Assembly: GCA_023621895.1 (NCBI GenBank)
Contig: JAMOAF010000741.1
Span: 1-37,525 of the forward strand
Source of the DNA: Planctomycetota bacterium
GTDB lineage: Bacteria > Planctomycetota > Planctomycetia > Pirellulales > Thermoguttaceae
Direction: 5' to 3'
DNA length: 37,525 nucleotides
This document shows, piece by piece, positions 27,064 through 35,321 of this stretch. A program made the translations under genes and the position numbers. The stretch's first letter is position 1. Each line of letters starts with the position of its first letter. The notes beneath the pieces are model-generated. The model saw only the letters and a list, made by a program, of their open reading frames with translations. It was not told the origin of the DNA and ran no database searches.

Positions 27064-28194
27064 CTACTTGTTGCCGGGTCGGCAATGAGACAGCGCCAGC
27101 AGGGCGTAGCCGGTGACGAGACTTGGGTCGCCCTCGAGCCAGCGGGAGTTGTCGTTGAGCCACGATCCATCGTCTTTCTGGCGCCGCGCAAGCTCCTTGA
27201 GCAGGTCCGCCCGCCAGTCGTGTTCGACGCCGGCGGCATCCTTGAGGCTGGCGAGCTGCATCGCGTCGAGCGCCTTGGCGAACGTGTGATAATAATAGTA
27301 GAGCCCGGCATCGCCGATGCCCGGATTCTGATCGAGGCGATAGTGCTTGGAGATCCAGTCGAAGGCGGCCTTGACGCGTGGGTCGTCGCGGCCAACGCCC
27401 GCATAGATCATGCTTTTCAGCCCGGCATAGGTCATCGAGCCGTAGCTGCGGAGTCCGCCGGCAGGTGTTTCGCCGGCCTGGCTGAGTCCACCGGCGGCTG
27501 GAGTGTAATAGAAGCCGCCGTCGGGGTTCTTGGCGGCAAACGGGGTGGTGTTGTACTCCGTTTCGAGGTTCTGGCATCGCGAAACGAAGATCAGCGCCCG
27601 CTGCATCGCTTCGTCCTCCGCCCCTCTGCCCCTGGCGGCAAGGGCGTCGATCAGAAAGCTGGTGTTCGACAGGTCCGGCCGCTCGTGCTTTCCGTAACCC
27701 GCGCCGCCATAGTCGTACGACTCGAGCTGCTTGCCTTCGTCCTCGTCCCATTGGAGCTTTTTGACGTAGCGCTCGGCATTGGCCAGCAGCTCGTCGTAGC
27801 GCCGATCGTGATTGGCGGCGGAAAAACACATGATCGCCAGGCTCGTCTCGTAGTTGCCGTACAGCGAATCTTTCTGCGAGACGCGGCCGTCGGGCTGGAC
27901 GAATCCCTCCAAGTAGCGGAGGCTCTTGGCGACCAGAGGGTCTTGCGGGCTGAAGCCATTCTTCAGCAGGCCCGTCGTCACGACGGCGGTGACACCCGGA
28001 CCGGCATAGGCGGCATAGGAACCGTCGGGCGCCTGGCCGGTCGACTGGAGGAACGCGACCGCCCTGTCCAGACACTTCTGGTAGATGCCGGCCGTGTCTT
28101 CCGCGGAGGCTGGGGCGATCAAGAGTGAAACAGCGGTGAGCAACGAAGTGGCGGCCGCTGGCGCGAGCCGGCCGCTGGCGGGGAAGGTCGACAT
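27064..28194 (-). CDS. secreted prenyltransferase/squalene-oxidase-repeat (alpha/alpha-toroid, terpenoid-cyclase-like) protein
   Basis: Signal peptide (LLTAVSLLIAPASAED). Repeated QxxDGS/GG(F/Y) units: QAPDGSY, VQPDGRV, YGGAGYG, KNPDGGFYY and RQKDDGSW. Confidence 0.7.
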   Translation of the reverse strand: MSTFPASGRLAPAAATSLLTAVSLLIAPASAEDTAGIYQKCLDRAVAFLQSTGQAPDGSYAAYAGPGVTAVVTTGLLKNGFSPQDPLVAKSLRYLEGFVQPDGRVSQKDSLYGNYETSLAIMCFSAANHDRRYDELLANAERYVKKLQWDEDEGKQLESYDYGGAGYGKHERPDLSNTSFLIDALAARGRGAEDEAMQRALIFVSRCQNLETEYNTTPFAAKNPDGGFYYTPAAGGLSQAGETPAGGLRSYGSMTYAGLKSMIYAGVGRDDPRVKAAFDWISKHYRLDQNPGIGDAGLYYYYHTFAKALDAMQLASLKDAAGVEHDWRADLLKELARRQKDDGSWLNDNSRWLEGDPSLVTGYALLALSHCRPGNK

Positions 28195-28647
28195 GGGAAA
28201 AACCTCTTCAAAAGCGACCGCGAGGTGTTCTGGCCCTCTTTCTGGGGGCCAACGCCTGCAAAAGGGTTCTGTCTCGGCCCTGTATTATAACCCTTTAGGA
28301 GCCTCTTCGTCTGCCGCCCCGCGGGGCGCGAGAGGAGTGCGAAGGGTGCAAGCCCTTGTTTTTCATCCAGCCGCACTGCGGGAATAGGGCTTATCACGGA
28401 AAAACGAACCTGTCCGGAGAGTTCGCTTTCCGGATCGGCGGGCGGGCGGTATACTTGGGTGTTCTGCGGGGCGCAATCCGTCCAGACAGGCGAACGCGGC
28501 AAACGCTCGCGCGGCTCGTTTCTCGTGGCTCGTTGAGGGCGCGCGGTCGATGCTGGGAGGCGGGCATTCCAGACCGGTTTGCCGAAAACCTGGCCACAAC
28601 GGAGTTTTTCGCCGGCGCAGACGCTTTCCCCGGTTCAGTCTCGTGCC

Positions 28648-29496
28648 ATGTCCAAGTACGTCGTCCGGTACGGTGCCATGCGGATTCTTCGCCACTTCGC
28701 ATCCGCGGGCAAGAATTCCTACGCGCGGGGCGACCGGGTGATCGTGCGCACGGACCGGGGGCTCGAATCGGGCGTGATTCTCTGTGAAACCGCCGAAACG
28801 GCGGCCGAGAAACCCGAAGCGTCGCACGAGGGGCAAATACTCCGCAAGATGACGGCCGAGGACGAGAACGAGCTGGCACGGATTCACGATCACGAGAAGG
28901 CGGAGTTTGAAGTCTGCCAGCGCTGCATCCGCCAACTCGCTCTCGAAATGCGGCTTGTTGACGTCGAGCACATCTTCGGCGGCGAGCGGATCGTTGTCTA
29001 CTACCTGGCGGAGGGGCGCGTCGATTTCCGCGAGCTGGTGAAGATGCTGGCGGGGGAGTTTCAGACGCGGATCGAAATGCGCCAGATCGGCGTCCGGGAC
29101 GAGGCCAAGCTGATGGCCGACTACGGCGACTGCGGCCAGCCGGTATGCTGCAACAACCACCTGGTGTCGATGCCTCCGGTGTCGATGAAGATGGCCAAAT
29201 TGCAGAAGGCGACGCTTGATCCGACGAAGATCTCCGGCCGCTGCGGCCGCCTGAAGTGCTGCCTGCGGTATGAATACGACACGTACGAAGCGATCCTGGC
29301 CGAATTGCCGCCGATCGGCGCCTCGGTCGAAACACCCGACGGACAAGCCCGCGTGATCGGCCACGAGATTCTCGCTCGGCAGCTCGTGGTGGAACTGGAG
29401 GACCGGGTGCGCAAATCAGTTGGCGCCGAAGAGGTTACGGCGCGCGCGGCGGACAATCGGCCGAAGAAAAGCAGGACCCCGTCCCGGTCGCCGTGA
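28648..29496 (+). CDS. PSP1 domain protein (RicT/YaaT-like)
   Basis: ERIVVYYLAEGRVDFRELVKMLAGEFQTRIEMRQIGVRDEAK and CG.P.CC...L......SMKMAK.Q...L.P.KISG.CGRLKCCLRYE form the PSP1 C-terminal domain signature. Confidence 0.85.
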   Translation: MSKYVVRYGAMRILRHFASAGKNSYARGDRVIVRTDRGLESGVILCETAETAAEKPEASHEGQILRKMTAEDENELARIHDHEKAEFEVCQRCIRQLALEMRLVDVEHIFGGERIVVYYLAEGRVDFRELVKMLAGEFQTRIEMRQIGVRDEAKLMADYGDCGQPVCCNNHLVSMPPVSMKMAKLQKATLDPTKISGRCGRLKCCLRYEYDTYEAILAELPPIGASVETPDGQARVIGHEILARQLVVELEDRVRKSVGAEEVTARAADNRPKKSRTPSRSP

Positions 29497-29577
29497 GGTT
29501 TCACGCAGCGCGGCCGGCGGATGCCGCCGATCCGCGCCGGCCGGTTGCCCAAGGACGACTGGAAGAGACTCGCTGCC

Positions 29578-30012
29578 ATGATGGACCCGAATCAGCAACT
29601 CGCTCAACTCCTTCAGCAGGACCGCCGCTACCGGCTGGACGCGTATATGTTTGTCTTCGAAGCGCTCAGCTACGCCCAGGAGGTGATGGGCATGGGCGCC
29701 GAATGTGCCAGCGAACCGGTTGCCGGCATCGAGGAGGAAGACGACGAAGCGGAAGGCCCTCAGCGGCACGTGACCGGGCAGGAGCTTTGCGAGGCGATTC
29801 GCCGGTTCGCGCTCCAGCAATTTGGGCTGATGGCCAAGACCGTGCTCAACAGTTGGGGGGTCCACAAGACGGGTGATTTCGGCGAAATCGTCTTCAACAT
29901 GATCAAGATCGGCCGCATGCGAAAGACGCCCCACGATCGGCGGGAAGACTTCGACGACGTCTACGACTTCGAGACGGCGTTTCACGAGGAGTTCAAGATC
30001 ACGGTCGATTAG
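29578..30012 (+). CDS. Minf_1886-type conserved Planctomycetes/Verrucomicrobia protein (TIGR04138-like, from memory)
   Basis: DRRYRLDAYMFVFEALSYAQ...HVTGQELCEAIR.FA..QFG.MAKTVL..WGV.KT.DFGEIVFNMI..G.M.KT..D.REDF. It typically sits next to PSP1. ATG 29521 is an alternative start. Confidence 0.65.
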   Translation: MMDPNQQLAQLLQQDRRYRLDAYMFVFEALSYAQEVMGMGAECASEPVAGIEEEDDEAEGPQRHVTGQELCEAIRRFALQQFGLMAKTVLNSWGVHKTGDFGEIVFNMIKIGRMRKTPHDRREDFDDVYDFETAFHEEFKITVD

Positions 30013-30121
30013 CGGGTGTTTTCCCGGATGCTGGGGTGTCTGGCGCATCGCGATCCAGCCCGGCAGCCGCTGCCGGGGCGACGGTTTTTTCCACCCGGGT
30101 GATTGCCGAACGGAGACATGA

Positions 30122-30292
30122 ATGGGCAGCCGCAAGAAAGCCACTTCTCGCCGGCACGAACACGTAGTCCCCGCCTGGCTGTCCGCTCGCGAACCGAATC
30201 CGCCGCGTCCCAATCGCCCGCTGCTCGTCGGGGCCGCGCTGCTGGCCGTGGCCTGGACTATCTGCCTGATCGCCCTGGCCACGCTGACTTAA
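30122..30292 (+). CDS. small (56-aa) basic protein with C-terminal TM helix; absent from the ORF track (below 60 aa)
   Basis: My own translation: MGSRKKATSRRHEHVVPAWLSAREPNPPRPNRPLLVGAALLAVAWTICLIALATLT*. GC3 is strong. The competing 70-aa track ORF 30103..30315 looks non-coding. Confidence 0.4.
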   Translation: MGSRKKATSRRHEHVVPAWLSAREPNPPRPNRPLLVGAALLAVAWTICLIALATLT

Positions 30293-30317
30293 TTCCGCTC
30301 GAGATGGCACGCTGAAA

Positions 30318-30339
30318 GAGCGTTCGTTGGCAAACGCTC
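30318..30339 (+). terminator. hairpin GAGCGTT-CGTTGGCA-AACGCTC downstream of the small ORF (no U-tract)
   Basis: Perfect 7-bp stem read directly, 26 nt after the stop at 30292. Confidence 0.3.
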
Positions 30340-30940
30340 CATGTCAAAAGAGCGGCCAGCCTGCCACAGTCGCCAAGCGCGCACACCCCGGGGGCGGGAC
30401 CCGGGAGAGTCACTCTCACATCGGCTGAGTCATCAGCACGAGCCCCCCTCGGATCATGAGTAGCGGCTGTGCCGACACCGATGCCGACTCTCGCGCACGC
30501 TTGGATCGCGACTGGTTCCAGCCAAAGACCGCCCTACACAAGGCAGACAAAATCATCGGTGCCGAACACCGGAGCCTGCGGGAAGCTCGACGGCGCTGGG
30601 CTGGTCATGGTCACGCAGGCTGGCCGCATTGGGGACCCAAGACCTTGTTTTGACACGTTCGGGGAGCCATTCGGCGCGCGGAAGGCAGGCTGCGGATATC
30701 AATAGCATCCCCTTACGTCTTGAGTCTACCGAAAGGCCGGCGCCGATCAAGCGTTTTTTTCCGGAAAGATTGGATTTTTTCCTTTCCGCGGCAGCCTCGG
30801 CGAGTCGGCTTGCCTCCGCGCCTTCGGCGTGGGACAATTCGCTTTTGCCGCTAGCCAACCGCGGGCCGGCGGCCCCAGGTCCGCCGCCCCCCGGAAGTAG
30901 GGCAAAGCGGTAATCTGAACTATTTCGGAGTGTCGCAAAA

Positions 30941-31228
30941 ATGAAGCTGGTGCCTTTGGGCGAGAAAGTCGTCATCCGACGCCTTGACGCCGAAGAGATC
31001 ACAACCGGCGGGATTGTTCTTCCCGATTCCGCACGAGAGAAACCCCGCCAGGGCCGCGTCCTATCGGTCGGCGATGGCCGGTTGCTCGGGGACGGCACAC
31101 GTGCGCCACACCAGGTCACCGAGGGGGATCGCGTGTTGTTCACGCCCTACGGCGGCACGGAGGTGAATATCGATGGGGAAGAGCTCCTCGTCATGAACGA
31201 GAGCGAGATTCTGGCCGTCGTCACTTGA
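30941..31228 (+). CDS. groES: co-chaperonin GroES (Cpn10)
   Basis: MKLVPLGEKVVIRR...TTGGIVLPDSAREKPRQGRVLSVGDGR...GDRVLF..YGGTEV..DGEELLVMNESEILAVV aligns along its full length with my memory of GroES. Confidence 0.95.
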   Translation: MKLVPLGEKVVIRRLDAEEITTGGIVLPDSAREKPRQGRVLSVGDGRLLGDGTRAPHQVTEGDRVLFTPYGGTEVNIDGEELLVMNESEILAVVT

Positions 31229-31244
31229 CACACCCGGCGGGGCC

Positions 31245-31946
31245 CTACCGCAAGTAATCGGCCTCGATGTGGTAGACCACGCCGCCGTACTTCTCGTCCG
31301 GGTCCTCGAGCTTCATCGAGAACTTGCCGCCGACGGCGATCAGCCGGGTGGTGTAGGAGGCTTCCAGTCCCTCGGCCAACTCGACAAAGACTTGATCGGT
31401 CTTTTTCGGGTTCGGCAGGCAATACTGGCAGACGCCGTTGTCGCGCGACATGACAAAACTCTTCAGTGCGGAGGATTGCCGCGTGGGGTACATGTAGCCG
31501 CGCATGAAGACCCGCTCGCCCTCCAACGCATACGCCGCCTCGGGCCAAGGGTTGTTCGGATCGTTCGATTCCAGCGTTTCGTAGCCGATGGCGAGGTAGC
31601 CGGGCGGCGTCATGTGGTAATAGACGTAGACGGAAAAACCGTAAACGGCGAACCCGAGCACCAGGCAAAGCCCGATGCCGGCCAGAGAGAGCCATACGCC
31701 GAGCTTCGCCCCTTCGACCCGCGACAGGTTCACTAACCCGGCGACGCCCAACGCGATCCCCAGCAGGGGGATAAACAAGAACCCCCAGTGGAAGTAGGCC
31801 ACCGGGGAAAGCAATCCGATCACGACGCTACCGACCGAGAAGGGATTGATCGCACGATAGAGCACCGGCGTGTCGGGCCCGTACTTCTCGTACTTCTCGT
31901 AGTCGTGGTAGGTTCCCTTGAGTTGTTCTCGGAATTCCGATGGCAT
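31245..31946 (-). CDS. membrane protein with N-terminal TM bundle and C-terminal DUF3299-like domain
   Basis: Three or four hydrophobic helices (residues ~35-120). Then GERVFMRGYMYPT....LKSFVMSRDNGVCQYCLPNPKKTDQVFVEL resembles the G..V...G...P......F.L......C.....P...... pattern I recall for DUF3299, which often neighbours FtsX/ABC pairs. Confidence 0.5.
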   Translation of the reverse strand: MPSEFREQLKGTYHDYEKYEKYGPDTPVLYRAINPFSVGSVVIGLLSPVAYFHWGFLFIPLLGIALGVAGLVNLSRVEGAKLGVWLSLAGIGLCLVLGFAVYGFSVYVYYHMTPPGYLAIGYETLESNDPNNPWPEAAYALEGERVFMRGYMYPTRQSSALKSFVMSRDNGVCQYCLPNPKKTDQVFVELAEGLEASYTTRLIAVGGKFSMKLEDPDEKYGGVVYHIEADYLR

Positions 31947-31953
31947 GCGTGGA

Positions 31954-33366
31954 TCACTCCGACAGCGAATCGGCCACTTCAGTCCGGTAGGCGATCAGCG
32001 CCGGCAGGTAGCCGACGACCGAGGCCATCGCGATCAGGCCGGGAATCAGGACCAACTCGATCGGTTGAAACTGTAGGGCATGGACAACCACGCCCGTGTT
32101 CTCCATGATCGACGGGGCCAGCAGCCCGACCAGGCCATGGCCCAACAGGAGCCCGAGGGCGCCGCCTCCGAGCGAGAGGAGGATCGATTCCAGCAGGATA
32201 ATCGACATCACGGTCAATCGCCGTGCGCCAAGGGCCCGCATCACGGCAATTTCGTGCCTCCGCTCGCTCATCGAGTTGTAGATGCTGACCATCATGCCGA
32301 TGCCCGCCACGATCACGATCAGGACGGCGAAGACCAACAGGACCTTCTGGATGTTGCCCACGATGCCTTCAAACAGGCGCGTGACCTCTTCGGCCGGCAT
32401 GACTGCTTGGGCATCCGCCTCCTGGTTGATGATCTTGGGCAGGGCCATTGCCCGCGTCATCCGCTTGGTGTTCGTGCGGACCAGGATCGCCGTGACGTGG
32501 CGTTCCATATGGCCATCCCCCTGGGCGTGGGGGTGCGCCGCGTGGGAATTGGCATCTCCGGCCACGGCGTGGGAATGGTCTTTGTCGCCCGAGTCCGCCG
32601 CACCCGACTCGCTCGCCGCTTCGGCTGCGTGCTCTTCAGTCGCGTGTTTTTCAGCCCCGTGCTCTTCCGTCCCGTGCTTGGCCTCCGAGCCCTCGGCGGG
32701 CTTCTCCTGGTCATAATGCCCGTGCGCGTGGATTTCCCAAAACCCCTCGATGTTGACGAACAGGGCGCGGTCGTTGGGTGTTCCGGTCGGCGCGAGAATT
32801 CCGACCACGGTGAAGGGCTTGTGTTTCTCTCCCTGTTCGGGCGTCTCGCCGTGTCCCGGCTGGAACGTGTCGCCGACCTTGAGCCCTGTCTTTCGCGCGA
32901 CGGTCGCGCCGATCACGGCATCATAGTATTCTCCCCAGCCGAAATTCTCCCCTTCTCGGAATCGATATTTTTCGCCGCCCCGGTATTCCAGTTCGTTGAA
33001 CATGTCGGGCGTCGTGCCGACAACGCGATATCCCTGGTAGTTGTCGCCAAGGCAGCAAGGCACGGCCAGATCGACTTCCGGCGCGAACCGCCCTTCGGTC
33101 AACTCCAGAAAGTAGTCGTAAGGCACCATGCCGATCGGCTTGCCGAGATAGTAGACCGTGCTGAGCACCAGTTCGAGGCGGCTCCCTTTCGCGCCGACAA
33201 TCAGGTCGTAGCCCTGGGCGCTGCGTTTGAACGATTGATCGACCACGGCGTGAATCACCATCACGCCGACTACCAGGGCGACGCCCAGGGAGATCGACAG
33301 CGCGGTCAAACCGGAGGCCAGGCGGCGGTACTGTAGGCTTCGAAGGGCGATTTTCCAGAGACTCAT
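31954..33366 (-). CDS. ABC transporter permease, FtsX/MacB-type, with His-rich periplasmic insertion
   Basis: N-terminal TM helix, then a large extracytoplasmic domain, then three C-terminal TM helices (FtsX domain: SERRHEIAVMRALGARR...). 14 His in residues 212-290. The start overlaps the ATPase stop as ATGA. Confidence 0.85.
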   Translation of the reverse strand: MSLWKIALRSLQYRRLASGLTALSISLGVALVVGVMVIHAVVDQSFKRSAQGYDLIVGAKGSRLELVLSTVYYLGKPIGMVPYDYFLELTEGRFAPEVDLAVPCCLGDNYQGYRVVGTTPDMFNELEYRGGEKYRFREGENFGWGEYYDAVIGATVARKTGLKVGDTFQPGHGETPEQGEKHKPFTVVGILAPTGTPNDRALFVNIEGFWEIHAHGHYDQEKPAEGSEAKHGTEEHGAEKHATEEHAAEAASESGAADSGDKDHSHAVAGDANSHAAHPHAQGDGHMERHVTAILVRTNTKRMTRAMALPKIINQEADAQAVMPAEEVTRLFEGIVGNIQKVLLVFAVLIVIVAGIGMMVSIYNSMSERRHEIAVMRALGARRLTVMSIILLESILLSLGGGALGLLLGHGLVGLLAPSIMENTGVVVHALQFQPIELVLIPGLIAMASVVGYLPALIAYRTEVADSLSE

Positions 33367-34037
33367 GATCGCTTCACCAGCACACGGTTGATTTCTTCCA
33401 GCCGTTCGACCCGATCGAACTGCCTGGCCACCTCGGGCGAGTGGGTGACCAGCAACAGCACCACGTTCTCAACCTCGCAGGCGCCGCGGAGCATGTCGAT
33501 GACCTGCTGCTGGTTGCCGGTGTCGATGTTGGCGGTCGGTTCGTCGGCCAGGAGGACCTTGGGCCGGTTGGCCATCGCCCGGGCAACCGCCACGCGCTGC
33601 TGCTCGCCGACGGAGAGCTGCGAGGGCTTGTGCGTCAGCCGGTGGCTCAACCCGACACGCTCGAGCAGCATCTTCGCCCGATCGCGGTCGGCGCGGCCGT
33701 CGGCGAAGGTCATGCCGATCATTACGTTTTCCAGCGCGGAAAAGGCCGGCAGCAGGTTGAATGTCTGGAACACGTAGCCGATCTTTGCCGCCCGGAACTG
33801 ATCCCGATCCGCTTCGGAGAGGACCGGGATATCCCAGCCGTCGATGAGGACGCGGCCCGCATCGGGCCGGCAGATTCCGGCGATCACGTGCAGTAGCGTG
33901 GTCTTGCCACATCCGCTCTGGCCGACAATCACGACCTGCTCGCCAGCCTTGGCGTCGAAGTGCTCGATGTCGAGCACGTCCAGCGGCGAGCCGTCGGGCA
34001 AAGTGAAAGACTTGGTTACTTGCCTGAGTTCTAACAT
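33363..34037 (-). CDS. ABC transporter ATP-binding protein (MacB/LolD-like)
   Basis: Walker A GQSGCGKTT, Q-loop, signature LSVGEQQRVAVARA and Walker B VLLADEPT. ATG 34037 (MLELRQVTKSF) preferred over 34082. Confidence 0.9.
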   Translation of the reverse strand: MLELRQVTKSFTLPDGSPLDVLDIEHFDAKAGEQVVIVGQSGCGKTTLLHVIAGICRPDAGRVLIDGWDIPVLSEADRDQFRAAKIGYVFQTFNLLPAFSALENVMIGMTFADGRADRDRAKMLLERVGLSHRLTHKPSQLSVGEQQRVAVARAMANRPKVLLADEPTANIDTGNQQQVIDMLRGACEVENVVLLLVTHSPEVARQFDRVERLEEINRVLVKRS

Positions 34038-34275
34038 CGTACGACGGCACCTCGTCGCAAGGGGGTAAAACAACCCACCCAAGGGGGGCGGATGAATCCG
34101 CAGTTGCTAGGCGGGGGCGCAACATCACCCCTCTTGCCCGACACGCACTTGCACTACGCAGCCCGGCACCCGCCGGTTCGGTGCCGCAAAAAACAACTAT
34201 TCAGAGCCTATCCCGGAGGATCGGCAATTCAAGGCATCTTCAGGCGTGGGGAGTGTTGCCTGTCGTCTTGGGATC

Positions 34276-34290
34276 AATATCCAGGATATT
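34276..34290. promoter_or_regulatory. AT-rich perfect palindrome AATATCC-A-GGATATT, ~240 bp upstream of the ABC operon start
   Basis: Read directly. It stands out against the GC-rich background. An operator role is inferred only. Confidence 0.25.
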
Positions 34291-34308
34291 CCGACTTCGC
34301 CGCCGCGC

Positions 34309-35160
34309 CTACCAGCGTTTGGCCACCTCTCGCTTCATGAATGCCAGGGCGTCGGCGGCGAGTTGCTCTTCGGACTGGTACATCTTCCGCCAGATCTTCG
34401 TGGCGGCAACGAGCTTCTTCAGAGCCAGACCGAAGGCTTCGACGACCATGATCCCGTCGTAGCCGATCTCCTTGAGCGTGTCGAAATTCTCCTCCCAGCG
34501 GACGTTGCCCGAGCCGGGCGTGCTGCGGTCGTTTTACGAAATTTGCACGTGCACAAGGCAGTCCTTCAGGGCGCGGATCGCCTCGGGAATGTTCTTCTCC
34601 TCGATATGGGCGTGGAACGTGTCGTACATCATGCCGCAGGCCGGATGGTTCACTTCCTTGACGAACCTGGCCCCGTCAGCCGCCGTGTTCAGAAAGTAGC
34701 ACTCGAACCGGTTGAGATACTCCAGCCCCAACTTCACGCCAACCTTGTCGGCGTGCTCGGCGACTTCCCGCATCCCCTCCACGCCCCACTTCCACTCGTC
34801 CTTCGTCGCCCCCTGGCCGCTGAACTCGCCAAGCGCCGAGTGAAACGGCCCAGCCATCGTCTTGCAGCCCAAAGCAGCGCAGCAATCCAAATTCCTCTTG
34901 TTGGCCTCGATGCCCGCCTTGCGAATCGCTCCATCCGAACTGATCATGTTCTCCGCCGCGCCGCGGACCGCCGTCCCCGTGCGGACCAGCCCCAACTCGT
35001 CGAACCGCTTGCCCCACTTCTCGTAGTTGGCCATGTTGTCCAGATCGAACACGGGCACTTCGACAACGTCGAAGCCAATCGCCTTCATCCGGTCCAAATG
35101 GGGCAGAGCGGCATCGTTGAGCGTGTCCGTCCACATCAGCAGGTTGAATCCAAATTGCAT
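34309..35160 (-). pseudogene. sugar phosphate isomerase/epimerase (xylose-isomerase-like TIM barrel) interrupted by one in-frame TAA (34534-34536)
   Basis: AAGGAG lies upstream of ATG 35160. Translation reads ...KDCLVHVQIS*NDRSTPGSGNVRWEENFDTLKEIGYDGIMVVEAFG...KREVAKRW* in a single frame. The track ORF stops at 34534, but homology-like sequence continues for 75 more codons. Confidence 0.7.
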
Positions 35161-35321
35161 TGCATTTTCTCCTTCGGGAACAGGGGGATGGCTGATACCG
35201 CTCGGGTACGGTGGCACTCTGTGCCCCGCAGCGCCCAACCGAGGGGCAAGACTCAAAATCCAATCGTCAAAAGGCCCCGGCTGCGGAAGTCCGTGTTCTG
35301 GCGCCGCGTGCCGGACCTTGT

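Noticed and set aside
26933-29364. ORFs 26933..28075 -, 27022..28128 +, 28363..29364 - and 28394..29335 -
   Set aside because: These are alternative-frame or antisense shadows of the prenyltransferase-repeat and PSP1 genes. They have no recognisable motifs.
30405-30445. CIRCE (HrcA operator) upstream of groES
   Set aside because: Only CACTC ... GAGTC fragments with the wrong spacing and poor symmetry. It does not fit TTAGCACTC-N9-GAGTGCTAA and lies ~500 bp from the start codon.
30456-30653. 65-aa plus-strand ORF in the groES upstream region
   Set aside because: Its GC3 is noticeably lower than in the real genes, it has no motifs, and it has no ribosome-binding context. Left unannotated.
32080-33336. 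418-aa plus-strand ORF
   Set aside because: Antisense to the FtsX permease. Its His/Asp-rich composition mirrors the sense strand.
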